A stretch of 64,000 bases of DNA from the NCBI RefSeq assembly GCF_011745625.1, contig NW_027191467.1, positions 310,001 through 374,000 on the forward strand. The letters run 5' to 3'. Position numbers and translations under genes: made by a program. The notes below the pieces were generated by a model, which searched no databases, was not told the origin of the DNA, and worked only from the letters and a program-made list of their open reading frames with translations. Shown here one piece after another: positions 35,974 to 47,531 of the stretch (positions are counted from its first letter, which is position 1; each line of letters begins with the position of its first letter). This DNA comes from Cladosporium halotolerans (Eukaryota).

Positions 35974-37876
35974 CTACCGAGTGGAGTGGACAGGCCCAGC
36001 GAGCGCTCTCCAGGCGACAGTAATGCGCTTCCAAGTAGGGACAGTAGCTCTGCCAGCTTTGACCTGATAGCCAGGCGTTCTCAGCTCTCGCCCGATCTGC
36101 ATGTAGGACTCGACCGCCACGCGCATCGACGCTCTGGCAGGCCGAGGCAGTTCTTCGATCGCGCCGACGCTCTTCTCGTAGAGGCCGAATGCACGCTCGA
36201 GCAGATGCAGGCGCTGCTTTTCGATGCGTTTCTCCACAAACTCCTCGTTCTTGTCCGAGCGAAGGGCGGAGACGAACGACTCGGGGGTCATCTTTTCTCT
36301 CTTCAGCCAAGAGATAGGTACGTAGCAGCGGCCGTTCTCTGCGTCGACCTTCAGGTCGCGGGCGATGTTGGTGTATTGCAGGGCAATACCCATGTCATGT
36401 CCGGCGGCCATGACGCGCTTGGAAGCGGTCTCGGACAGGCCAGGGTAGTGGTGCAAGACAAGCTGGATGCAAAGGTGGGCGACCGTACCTGCAACGCGGG
36501 CACCGTACTGGTCAAGATCGGGCTCAGTCTTGATCGGCGTAGAGTTGGCGTCCTTCGTGAAAGCCAGATCCATTTCGAAGCCCTTGATGAGCTCGAACAG
36601 AGGTTCTTTGTCCATGCGTTGCGTCGGCAGATAAAGCAACGAGAGCAGGGTATCTTGCGGGAAGTTGTTCATAGCGAATAGGGTCGCAGCACCCTGGTTG
36701 ATGTCCGTGGCCGGAGTGACACTTCCATCCGGCCCCTTCTTAGCCTCGCCATACGCGAACTCAACGAATTTACGGAGCTTGAGAATCCATAGCTTCGCTT
36801 CGGCGGGCGACTTTGCGTTGTCAATGAGGTCGTCCGCAATGCGGCAGAAGGCATAGAGGTGAATCAGGTCGATCCTCAGGCGGCCGGAGAAGGTGCCACT
36901 GGCAAGGTAGAAGCTCCTGCTCTTGTTCTTCAACCTCTGCACCGATTGTCGCAAACCGAGGATCCGGTCATCGTCGTAAGCTGCAGCCGGTAACAGCAAG
37001 GCGCGGACCAACAGAGCGGGAGTCGGCAGCGAAGGCACAGTCGGGAAATGCGCAGGGAAAGTATTCAAAACAGCAAGAGCGTTGTCGAATGCCACCAGTC
37101 CAAACACAATCAAACAATTAGTCAAGAAAAAGAACACTGCTTCTTCAGCCTCCAGCCCAATACCTGGGAGATACAATCCAGTCTTGGTCCCAGATGAAAT
37201 CACCCATGTTCCACGGTGCAATGCCAGCGCGTCGACCACCCATAGATACAAAGTAGGAATAGCAATCGGGATCGCAGTGCTCACCAGAGGCAGCTTGACA
37301 AGGAATTGGTATGCCAGAGTCCACAAAAGCAAAAGGAACGGAGACGCCCAGACGAGGATCAGGCCCATGTAGGTGTATTCGCCAGGTGTCTTGATCCAAT
37401 CGATGCTCTTTTTGATAATCAACGCCAACCCAAGTTGACCGCCCAATTTAAGAACCTTCCATTTGTCATTCTTCTTCTCCTTTGCCAGGTAGATGGAGTG
37501 CAAGGTCGGCTTGGACAACAGAAGGTACAACAGGGTCGTATTGAAGGTCTGGATCACAAAGAAGAAGACTTCCTCAACCGGGATGTCGAAGATCTTCGGA
37601 CCCATGACCGCATTGTCCGGGTAGCTCCATATCGAATTCCGGATGAGATAGCTATCCCATGGGATCGTCGAGGTCACCGCGATTGTGATCAGGAAGACGA
37701 TCTTGTACAAGTCCAGGCGGGTGCACAAAGGCGCATACAGTATGGACAGAAGGATCGCAGGGGGGACAGTGTAGGTGAGGTGCCTGTACGGAGCACGTCA
37801 GTGCCATGATCATGTGATGCCAGAGTGACCCGTAGAGGGACGGCTGTCCTTACACCAACGCGTAGTCGTAGCCCAT
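35974..37876 (-). CDS. carRA: Bifunctional lycopene cyclase/phytoene synthase (al-2/carRA); intron 37784-37853
   Basis: MGYDYALV|HLTYTVPP start. Cyclase motifs PWDSYLI and PVEEVFFFVIQT. Synthase motifs KSRSFYLAS, FCRIADDLID and LQYTNIARD. Confidence 0.96.
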
Positions 37877-38185
37877 CTTCGTGTATCTTGGGTTCGCGAA
37901 CCAGTGAATGCCCGTGGGGCCGCTAGAACATGCTCCTCGCTCCCACCCACGACGTCTAATTACACATTACGAGGGATGACGGCGCAGAGGAGGGACACGG
38001 GCAGGCGGCGTGAGGAGCGAGGCGCTGCTTCGCTTTTCGCGAAGCCCATCTAACGCCCTTGGCAAATCCCATCTCGCTGTCGGGGCGCGACTAGACTTCC
38101 GGCTATCGGCACGTGCAGCGGGAGCGAGCGGTTTCTTCTCCTCGACTTCTGGCACAGGGCGTTGGCAGCTCGGTGGCTTGCACAG

Positions 38186-38230
38186 TGACGTCAGCAATGC
38201 AGGCACGCATCTTGCATCTCGATTCGATGC
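38186..38230. promoter_or_regulatory. Shared carRA/carX promoter element: perfect CRE palindrome TGACGTCA (38186-38193) and GATN/CATC cluster (38207-38230)
   Basis: TGACGTCA and GCATCTTGCATCTCGATTCGATGC are seen directly. Assignment to Atf1-type and White Collar-type binding is inference. Confidence 0.45.
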
Positions 38231-38487
38231 GGGCCAGACGAGCTTGAGCCTGGTGGTGAGGGGAGCGCAGGCCACGGCATGGCAGGCTTGCTCGGGGCGC
38301 TCGGAAGGCGCGTCGTCGGCATGTGACAGTGATGTTATCGCTCGCCGCCTCCTCTCGGGCAACTGCGTTGTACAGCGTCAACCACTCTGCAATGCCTGCT
38401 GTCGTACAAGTAGTTGTCGACGCGCCTCCGCCTAGGTATGCCTACCGAGCCGTGTTGTAGCCACTCGATGACTTCCGGCGGACCAGC

Positions 38488-40635
38488 ATGAGCATAATGG
38501 CCACGACTGGTCACAAGCGCAAGCGATCATCCAGCGAGAACATCCGACCTACGCCACAGGACAAACACCCATACCTCTCCGGCAACTTTGCTCCTATACA
38601 GCAGACTCTTGCTCTTACGCCATGCGCTTACACCGGATCTCTCCCTGAAGAGCTCGCAGGTGGAGAGTACGTTCGCAATGGCAGCAATCCTGTTTCCAAC
38701 AGCGACCTGGGCCGAGATGCTCACTGGTTCGACGGCGATGGCATGCTATCCGGCGTGTCCTTTCAGAAGGACCAACGAACCGGAGCAATATCCCCGGAGT
38801 TCGTGAATCAGTTCATCTTGACGGACCTGTACCTCTCGGCCATTAGCTCGGAACGGTTACGGGTGCCCATATTGCCCAGTATTGCCACGTTGGTAAACCC
38901 TTTCGCTCGGATGATCTATGTGACACTGAGGATCATGCGAACAATCTTCCTGGTCATACTGTCACATTTGCCTGGATCGAAGCAGAAGATCAAGAAGATC
39001 AGTGTTGCCAACACGAGCGTCGTTTACCACGATGGACGAGCTATGGCTCTGTGCGAAAGCGGACCGCCTATGCGGATACAGCTACCTGGACTGGAGACGG
39101 TGGGATGGTACAACGGATCATCAGCAGAAGGAGAGCCTAAGGACCCTGATTTGACAGAGAAAGAATGCGTCCTTGGAGAGAATGGCGGCCTCATTCAATT
39201 CATGCGGGAATGGACTACAGCACACCCGAAGATCGATCCTATGACGAAGGAAATGTTCATGTTCCACGCAAGCTTTGCTCCTCCATATGTGCAATACTCC
39301 ATCCTGCCCAAGCAAGTCACGAGAGGGGCGGCAGCATCGGACCAAGAGCCTACCTACGAAAAGATGCTCAACGCAGCAGTACCTGGCTTGACTGGTGGCA
39401 GGATGATGCACGACTTTGGTGTTTCATCATCTCACGCCATTATCATGGATCTGCCGTTATCTTTGGACCCGGCCAATCAGCTCAAAGGCAGGCCACCTGT
39501 CACTTACGACGCGAGCAAACCATCTCGCTTCGGCGTCTTCCCTCGTCGCCACCCTGAGAAAGTGCGATGGTACGAGACTGACGCATGCTGCATATTTCAC
39601 ACTGCCAACTCCTGGGATGACCTTGACGCGCAGCAGAAGCCTGTCGCAGTAAACATGCTTGCTTGCCGTTTGACTTCAGCAAAATTGGTTTTTGCTGCCG
39701 GCAATTTGGCACCTCCGGCCGAGAAAGAAGTCATACCAGCCGATATCCGCAATAAGAGGCGCATGCCATTCTTCAGATATGACGCTGGGGCAGATGGCTC
39801 CGTTTGGGAGCGATCTGGTTCCATCGAGTCCCCATCTGATGAGAAAGAACCTTTACTGCAAATCATCCCTTCAAACGAGCATGCTCTGAGCGACGAAGAC
39901 GAATACGACGAGGATCAATGCCGTCTTTACTACTACAACTTCGACCTGCGGACCGGCCGCATCGCGCACGAATGGGCCCTCGCCGCCATCCCATTCGAGT
40001 TCCCTTCCGTCCACCCAGCTCTCGAGATGAGCCAAGCCCGATACATCTACGGCTGCTCAACGACCGCAACCAACTTCGGCTCCGCGCTCGGCAAAGCCAC
40101 GAAAATCGACGCCCTCGTCAAAGTCGACGCGGCATCGCTCATCAGCCGCGGCCGAGCATATCCCCCCAGAAGCGTCTCCGGCATCGTCGACAACAGATCG
40201 ATGGTCCAAGTCCTCGAATCGAACGATCTGCAAGACCCGATCCGCGCCTTCCAAATGCCCGAGGGCTGGTTCGCGCAGGAGCCGCGGTTCGTCCCTGCCG
40301 CCACGAAGCGCAGCGAAGACGACGGATACCTGGTGTTCTACGCTTTTGACGAATCGCAGCTTACCGAGGACGGCGAGGTGCCGGTGGACGACTCGGAACG
40401 TAGGGCGAAGAGCGAGCTCTGGATTATCGACGCTAATGATATGCGCACGATTGTAGGGCGCGTGCATCTGCCGCAGCGAGTGCCTTACGGCTTGCACGGC
40501 ACGTGGTTTTCGGCGGAGCAGGTGCTTGAGCAGAGACCGATTGAGAGCTTGAGATCGACTGCGGCTGCGCTGGAGGCTAAGGGGACGGGTGTTTGGATGG
40601 GGATTCGCGATATTGTCGAGAAAATTCTCGGCTGA
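38488..40635 (+). CDS. carX: Carotenoid cleavage oxygenase (retinal-forming CarX-like)
   Basis: HPYLSGNFAP, YVRNGSNP and HWFDGDGML motifs. Four Fe-binding His contexts: TAHPK, MMHDFG, IFHTAN, YGLHGTW. Divergent from carRA. Confidence 0.94.
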   Translation: MSIMATTGHKRKRSSSENIRPTPQDKHPYLSGNFAPIQQTLALTPCAYTGSLPEELAGGEYVRNGSNPVSNSDLGRDAHWFDGDGMLSGVSFQKDQRTGAISPEFVNQFILTDLYLSAISSERLRVPILPSIATLVNPFARMIYVTLRIMRTIFLVILSHLPGSKQKIKKISVANTSVVYHDGRAMALCESGPPMRIQLPGLETVGWYNGSSAEGEPKDPDLTEKECVLGENGGLIQFMREWTTAHPKIDPMTKEMFMFHASFAPPYVQYSILPKQVTRGAAASDQEPTYEKMLNAAVPGLTGGRMMHDFGVSSSHAIIMDLPLSLDPANQLKGRPPVTYDASKPSRFGVFPRRHPEKVRWYETDACCIFHTANSWDDLDAQQKPVAVNMLACRLTSAKLVFAAGNLAPPAEKEVIPADIRNKRRMPFFRYDAGADGSVWERSGSIESPSDEKEPLLQIIPSNEHALSDEDEYDEDQCRLYYYNFDLRTGRIAHEWALAAIPFEFPSVHPALEMSQARYIYGCSTTATNFGSALGKATKIDALVKVDAASLISRGRAYPPRSVSGIVDNRSMVQVLESNDLQDPIRAFQMPEGWFAQEPRFVPAATKRSEDDGYLVFYAFDESQLTEDGEVPVDDSERRAKSELWIIDANDMRTIVGRVHLPQRVPYGLHGTWFSAEQVLEQRPIESLRSTAAALEAKGTGVWMGIRDIVEKILG

Positions 40636-40826
40636 AAGTCTGGTTTGCGAACTATTTGGCGTGGAGTTGTTGGGATGTATACGATATCTTGGATACCCCT
40701 CTAGTAATGCGTAGCGTAATTCTCCTCAACGCAGGATTGTTGTATCATGAACGACTCGAAGCCCAATCGCGATGTTCGCGTGAATCTTGCGCATGTCTCC
40801 CTTTTCCATGCAACCGCTGCGGTCCA

Positions 40827-41918
40827 CTAGACGCTATTCGTGTTGCCTTTGGGATCAACATGGACAAGTGACATTCTGCGAAGACGAACATGATGGTAGT
40901 TGATTGTCGCGATCCAATTGTAGATGACAAGAGCCCCAAGGAGCAGGGCGAGTGCAAGAAGAGTTACGACTGGGCCCAATATGGAAAAGACTGTGAACAC
41001 GTATGAGGCCGCATGAAACCTGCTGTCCTCCTCGAGCTGATCCGTACTCAACCCCACCTGCATGGCGGATAGAACAACGGCAACGTACGCGAAGACAGTC
41101 AGCAGCCACCCGAAGTTCTCGCTGAGAAGGTCGCTGTAATGGCCATACTGTGTTTCGTAACCGCGAAATAGCGATGCTCCAGTCAAACGATAGATCATGT
41201 TGATACGTCCGAGACGTAGTTCGCCGTACCAGAAGCGCTTGTTGACGTTGTTGTAGATATCAGCTTCGCTCAGGAGTTGCTGGACGAGGATCTTCCAATT
41301 CTCCCAGGAGACTTGCTCTGGGAGCAGATTTAGTTCGCGAGCAATATGGTAGTCGCTTTCATACGCGATGAGCGCGGCGTACGACAACAAGAACCCAAAA
41401 GCACACGCCCGGAGTTCGTGCCTGCTGGGGCGGGCAGATTTTGAAACACACGAGCAGCTTGCGTTACACACGAGTCTCTTCTCCCAAAATTCTCTCCGGA
41501 GTAAGAATCGAGGAATCGGCTTCAAGAACATCTGAGACTTGATCCACAGGAGATGCATGTCCATTTGCTCCGTGATGACTATTTCTCGACCCATCAGCTT
41601 CTGGCGGTGCAAAGGGCGGGCAGGCATGGGACGGCCAGTCGTCCATAACCAGTTATGGATCTTATTCAGTCTTCGCACGTCTAGCTCGCGCAACAACAGG
41701 GATCCATGAGGATCGGAATCCAGGGAGGTTGGCACAGCCAGGTTGTCGTCCTTTGTCCGCCGAGATGCTGGTAGTAGCGGTAGGAACTCGTCTGTGCTTA
41801 GATTTGCGGAATGTGTGGATGGCACAGAAGGCGGATTGGTTGCATTTGCAAGTACGTCGCAGGAAAAGGGGACTTTGTTGTAGGCGTGAAGTCCAACAAC
41901 ATGGTTTGAGGTCGGCAT
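40827..41918 (-). CDS. Conserved fungal hypothetical membrane protein (DUF6601-like)
   Basis: RPLHRQKLMGREIVITEQMDMHLLW...FLKPIPRFLL, KRFWYGELRLGRIN and VVLSAMQVGL, plus two C-terminal TM segments. Family assignment is from memory. Confidence 0.75.
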   Translation of the reverse strand: MPTSNHVVGLHAYNKVPFSCDVLANATNPPSVPSTHSANLSTDEFLPLLPASRRTKDDNLAVPTSLDSDPHGSLLLRELDVRRLNKIHNWLWTTGRPMPARPLHRQKLMGREIVITEQMDMHLLWIKSQMFLKPIPRFLLRREFWEKRLVCNASCSCVSKSARPSRHELRACAFGFLLSYAALIAYESDYHIARELNLLPEQVSWENWKILVQQLLSEADIYNNVNKRFWYGELRLGRINMIYRLTGASLFRGYETQYGHYSDLLSENFGWLLTVFAYVAVVLSAMQVGLSTDQLEEDSRFHAASYVFTVFSILGPVVTLLALALLLGALVIYNWIATINYHHVRLRRMSLVHVDPKGNTNSV

Positions 41919-42554
41919 GTCAGTTACTGGATAACGCGCTTCTGGACGAGTCTTGTCGCTTATTTGAATGAGGAGTTCGCCTGCCTATTCAGTCAACAGA
42001 TCGATGATATTCCTTTGGTGTTGAGAATCCTCATAGGCCTGTAGCCGCCACGTAACGGATAGTCATTTGAGCACGCCGAAAGGCCAGTCCGCACCTCAAA
42101 GGAAGGCCCCCAAGGAAATGTAGGGTCAGGCTGAGCAGGCTGACGAGGCAACAGATCGAGCTGCGCTGCAAGATAGCCCCGGACGTCACACTGCAGCCGC
42201 AGTGTCGCATCAAAGGCATGCCGGGCGCTTTTGAAGGCTTAGCGCAGCCTCATGAGTGTTTTGAGAGATAGTCTTCTAGATGTCACGATTATCAAGGCGT
42301 AAAAGATAATGGGATGGTTAGTGACCATGCCGTAGATCTAATTCGTTATCTGCACATTGTTAGCAACCAACAATCAGTAGCACTGAGTATGGAGCCTGAT
42401 GCATGTTGTTTCTCTCACTGTTAGCCGCGACAACAGCGCGGCGTACAAAAGCGGACAGCCCCACCTGCGACGTTGATTTTGAGTCCTTCGCAGGAACTCA
42501 AGCTTCAACTTTAAAACTATACTGAGTGACCACACGTTCGCATCAAAGCTCCAA

Positions 42555-43996
42555 ATGACCCGCCCAGCCAAGCGTGCTCGCCTGTCTGAGTCGGCGGACG
42601 AGATATCGATGTCTAACAGCCCTGCCAAAGAAGACAAGCATTCCCTCTTCACCACCTGGGCCAAAGAGCGTGGCGTTGAAATCCACAATGTTGCGCCGCA
42701 GCAACTTCCCGGCCGCGGCCTAGGTCTGATGACCACCGCTCCGATCAAATCAGGATCTCGTATGATCTTCATACCCGAGAAAGCAATGTTCAAACCCGAT
42801 ACCGCAACCATCAAGCGCAGCACGCTCGATCGCGCCTCGCCGCAGGCCAAACTGGCCATCAGCGCTCTAGCGAAATTCTCCGCTCCTGCATCGGACCTTC
42901 GCACATGGGAAGCAACATGGCCGACGAAGCAGGACTTCGCCGCGAGCATGCCGCTATTGTGGCCACCGGAGCTGCTCGAGCACCTCCCACCTGCTGTCCT
43001 GCCACCATTCGAGCGCCAGAAGGCAGACTATGCGCGTGATTGGGAAGCCGTTAGCCCTGTGTGCGAGCAGAGGGGATGGGATGAAGTCGTGTTCCGCTAT
43101 TACTGGTGTATTGTGAACAGCCGCTCGTTTCACTGGAAGCCATCTGCTGGAAGGGCAGGAAGCATGGTGCTGTGTCCGTTTGTGGACTACATGAACCATG
43201 GGCCGACAGGCTCTGGCTGTTATGTAGCCCAGAATGGAAAAGGGTATGAAGTGACTGCAGAGCGGGATTATGGTAAGTGAGATGCTTTTCTGTTGCTCTT
43301 TTCCGTTGCGACTAGGATGTTCCTGATCTACCGATGCTTCGCCCTTTGGGTGACAACAGGTGAGCAATGACCTTTGTCAACGCAGTATCAAGCTGACATA
43401 ATCCTTTTGTAGACGCCGGTGAAGAAGTCTTAGCGACGTATGGGGCTCATTCCAACGACAAGCTGCTTGTGCATTATGGTTTCATCTGCGCCTCTCCAAT
43501 GCAACACGCAAGCCCGGACGACGAGATACGTCTAGACCATGCGGTCATTCCCCACCTCTCCGAAGAAACCAAATCGCAATTACAAGACGTTGGCTTTCTA
43601 GGTGGATACGCCCTTTTGCCGTCAGAGTATCCTTGCGATCGGACTGATTCTGCCAAGAAGGCCAACGGATGCGCTGCAAAATGCCGACAACCCTGGGATA
43701 TCTGCTTCAAGACTCAAGTCGCCGTACGTGCGGTGCTACTGACGGCAAATGAATGGGAGTACTTTGTGTCAAACGGTGAGGACCTGAGTGGAGACAAATC
43801 TGCTGCCGTCAGGAAGTGGTTGCAGCCGCATCTGCAGAGCCTACGGACAGAGGCTATCGAGAAACAAGGCCAGCTCGAGAAGCTTGGCGAGGCAATCAAG
43901 GAGGAACACGCTCTTGCCGCCTCGATGCTTAGAGAAAGGTGGAGCCAAATCTCTGTCCATCTAGGCCACTACATCGACAGCGATCCCCAAACATGA
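42555..43996 (+). CDS. SET-domain protein lysine methyltransferase (Rkm/Set11-like); intron 43273-43412
   Basis: GRGLGLMTT, WCIVNSRSF, LCPFVDYMNH, and after splicing DY|DAGEEVLATYGAHSNDKLLVHYGF. Confidence 0.9.
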
Positions 43997-44893
43997 AAGG
44001 TAAATCTGGCGTATGCGCCAAGAGTCTGCGCTCAGGTTAATCAGCGACAAGCCTGCATTTACTAGGATCCTTCGAAATAGCCAAAATGTTTTCCGGCTTG
44101 GCTCCTATCCGCCAAGAGCGTCGCGACAATTGCAACAAGGGTGCGGTGATGTGGCTGATAAAGTTGAGATCGAATGAGGTCGTATTCTTGGAAAGTGTGT
44201 CGAGAACGCAGCTATTAGCGAGGCTTATCTTGATGCTCTGGGCGCCAGTCCTGATGCACACCACTGTTTTCGTACCTCCCGCAGGTGGCATTCGCATCGG
44301 AGGCCTGCTCCAACAAACTTAGTCTGTCGGAGTAGCCCATCTTGACCGCAGACATCCGCGTCGGGCAAGGCCGAGATCGACCACATGGCGGGCGTTCTGA
44401 TCCTGCGCAGGCTTTAAGAGAACCGCGAACTAAATGTCAAACGCCCGTCGTGAAATGAACGGTTTTCGAAAGCTCATCACGGTCCGCAATAAGGTCGTGC
44501 CTGTGGTGCAGTGCATGGGCTGGTGTTGCGGGCCGGCGCTTGAGACCGCAAACAGGACGTTTCATGGAGATCACCTCTTGGCACGCTTTTTGTGGAGAAC
44601 CGCTTCTTCAACTCGACACAGCGACTGTCGCAGATCTGAGTATCTCGTAGTCAGTCCTGCCAACATGCGCTCGCGCACGCCCAACAACGGGCTGGATTTC
44701 AGACCACAAGGGTGCCGTTGGATCATGCATAGGCAAAGAATACTTTCAGGTATAAGTACTTCACGCTCTGCCCTACCCTAGGGCTTTCTCTCCATCCATT
44801 CACTCTCTTCACAAGCTGGTCCTTGCCTAACTATCCCTGTCGTTCTCTTCGATCCAATCACATCTCATATACCTGTCTTCCTATTCGAGCAAA

Positions 44894-45851
44894 ATGGTTA
44901 CCGTCAAGAACGTCCTCGTCGCCGCCACCTGCGTGGCTACTGCGCTGGCCGCACCCTCGCAGGCCTCCAAGCGTCAATGGGGTGGATGGGGCGGCAACGG
45001 TGGTAACTGGGGCCAGCCTCAGGGTCAGAATGGCGGTTGGGGCCAGGGCCAGACCGGTGGCTCTGCTGCTGGATCCTCCAACGTCCCCAGCACGACTGGT
45101 CAGGCCCAGTCCTCTGGCAACACCGGTAGCACTGGCGCCGTTGACGCCGGCAACTCCGGCTCTGCCAACAACTCTGGCAGCGCTGGCAGCAGCAACCTCG
45201 CTGCCGTCTCCGGCGAGACCCTGACCAGCTCCAGCAGCGGCCAGAAGGGCGACTACTACTACTCTCACTGGGTGGAGAACGACTCCAGCGCCACGATGAC
45301 CATCGACGGCGGCTCCTACTCTCTCGAGTGGACTGAGGGCGCCGGCAACGTCGTTTCTGGCCTCGGCTGGAACCCTGCCTCTGCCAAGTATGCTCGCACA
45401 CCTCATCTAACCTCACTTTCCCTTGTCGCAACCGACTAACGACCCTCCCAGGACTGTCACCTACGAGGCTGACGTGCAGGCCAGCGGCAACTGGTACCTG
45501 TCCCTCTACGGCTGGACCAAGTCCCCGCTCGTCGAGTTCTACGTCGTCGAGGCCTTCGGCAGCTACGACCCCAGCTCCGGCGCCACCTCCATGGGAACCG
45601 CTGAGATCGACGGCGGCACCTACACCCTCCTCCAGACCACTCGCGAGAACAAGCCCTCCATCGAGGGCACCTCGACCTTCCAGCAGTACTGGGCCGTCCG
45701 TGGCGAGCACAGGACCAGCGGCAGCATCGACTTCGGTGCTCACATCGACGCCTGGAAGGGTGTTGGCCTCGACCTCGGCAGCTTCGACTACATGATTCTG
45801 GCCACTGAGGGCTACCAGAGCAGTGGTTCCTCCACCGTCACCGTCTCCTAG
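44894..45851 (+). CDS. GH11 endo-1,4-beta-xylanase with Gly/Trp/Ser-rich N-terminal extension; intron 45388-45451
   Basis: Signal peptide and KR site, then [36 protein letters not shown] (nucleophile), [16 protein letters not shown] and [13 protein letters not shown] (acid/base). Confidence 0.95.
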
Positions 45852-46691
45852 ATGTGATCATGAGGATGATGGGGATGAGGCTGGGGGGCTCGGAAGGGTC
45901 TGGCATGGGTCAATTCGTGATTGGAAGGGATTATTCGACCTTCGTCCACTCCTTTGATACCTAGCTGTAGTCGGCATCTATGAATAGTATTCGTTGGTTG
46001 CAGCAATAAAGGAGCTCCAATTTATCCCGTTTGATGCTTGAACTGTCCATCTCGCAGTTCGCAGGTCGTTTGTTTCGTCAAGTTGCTTGGAAGATACTGA
46101 TGGTTTTCGGAGTGAAGCCTGAGTGAAAGCTGGCAATAAATCTACCATGTTTCTTCAATAATAAGAACAGTGAGTGAAAGGGGAGAGGCAGGAGGCCTCA
46201 AGCCCAATCTCCAATGGATACTAGTTCTCACTATAGGGTTAGGGTTGGGGTAAACGAAACCTGGTTAATAGACGAGCTCCAGAAAACGTCTCTGAATCTC
46301 CAAGCATCGAGCAACGTCTTCAAACATATCATGTCACATTGATGTTTGTTCTCTCGATCTTCAGTTGCCAGACGGACTTCCTATATCCTGTGACGAGTTC
46401 GAAAACACAGGTGGGCAATAGGACGATCATTTGCTCGTGCTCATAGAGCGTAACAGAACACACCACAATGTGACTCCATGAAGACCCAACGTTCAGACGA
46501 AAACTCCAAAGACCACTGAACGAGAATGCAAAGAAACGAGATTAGTCTCTATAGTGGTTTTGAAAGCTGTGGGATCGATAGCTTCGAAGGACGGAGTATC
46601 CCATCTTGGTATCAAATATTTTAACACAGGGTATCATATCTATCAATGCAAAGTGGCCGGAAGGCCGACCATATCAATCGTCAAGACTACT

Positions 46692-47531
46692 TTACTTCAT
46701 CTCATTCGCTCTATTATCTTCCATGTCCTGTCGGACCTCTCCTTTGCTCTTGCGTTTCTTCTTCTTCTCCTTCTTCGGTATGGGGCCATTGAGCAGCGCT
46801 TCGAAAGTCTCATGATTGCTTCTTGGCCCATGTTTCTTCTTACCTGCCTCCGCGGATGCAGCTGCAGCGCCTTCCTCCTCTGTGCCTGCTGCACGGGTGT
46901 CTGCAGGGCTTTGCTTCGCCATCTTCCGCTCCACACGACGCGCGTGCTTCGCGGCCTTCTTTTCAGCCTTTGAGCCCGGCGTCGATTCCTCGTCGCTAGC
47001 ATCATCTGCCTTGACAACGGGGACCGACGGCTCCTCCGCTCTCATCCTCTTCGCCATGCCAGCGAACCGATTCTGACTTCCATACTGCGCGCTCGCCTCA
47101 AATTCCTCAGCTTTCCGTTTCGCACTCGCGGTCTGCGCAGTGGCTCTATCCTGTCGTGCCTGGTCGTACTTGTCGTTCCCTGATAATCCGTGCTTGATGA
47201 ACCTCGCCGCAGCGTCTTTGTCCAGAGTCGCGTTACGCTGTGCCGGCCCGCTTTCCGCCTCTTTGATCTTCTGAAAGTATGATCGCACACGCATGATCTC
47301 CTGCACGACTGGATGTTCCTTCACATTTGAGCCGTTGAGCCGCAGATACGAGAAAAGCACTGAGTCGATCGCGTACGTGGCCAGCACGTAGAGTTTCGCT
47401 TTGTCCAGCAAGGGCAGTTTTGATGTGCTCGATGAGAGGGATGCATTGAGGAGAGGCGCGAGTGACGTTTCCAAGTCGTCAATGCTCCCACTCATGTCAT
47501 CGACAAGCTCCTTGACATCTGAAGAATCCAT
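46692..47531 (-). CDS. LRP1: C1D/Lrp1 (Rrp47) nuclear exosome cofactor
   Basis: LPLLDKAKLYVLATYAIDSVLFSYLRLNG...EHPVVQEIMRVRSYFQKIK...LDKDAAARFIKHGL with a basic tail. Confidence 0.85.
   Translation of the reverse strand: MDSSDVKELVDDMSGSIDDLETSLAPLLNASLSSSTSKLPLLDKAKLYVLATYAIDSVLFSYLRLNGSNVKEHPVVQEIMRVRSYFQKIKEAESGPAQRNATLDKDAAARFIKHGLSGNDKYDQARQDRATAQTASAKRKAEEFEASAQYGSQNRFAGMAKRMRAEEPSVPVVKADDASDEESTPGSKAEKKAAKHARRVERKMAKQSPADTRAAGTEEEGAAAASAEAGKKKHGPRSNHETFEALLNGPIPKKEKKKKRKSKGEVRQDMEDNRANEMK

Noticed and set aside
46234..46246. TAGGGTTAGGGTT telomere-like repeat, considered as a telomerase RNA template or interstitial telomere
   Set aside because: Only about two units, in an ~840 bp gap between convergent 3' ends. 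This is too small for a filamentous-fungal telomerase RNA and no supporting structure was seen.
21434..47531. Two exosome-related genes (RRP40, LRP1) in one window
   Set aside because: They are 24 kb apart with unrelated genes between; coincidence is sufficient.
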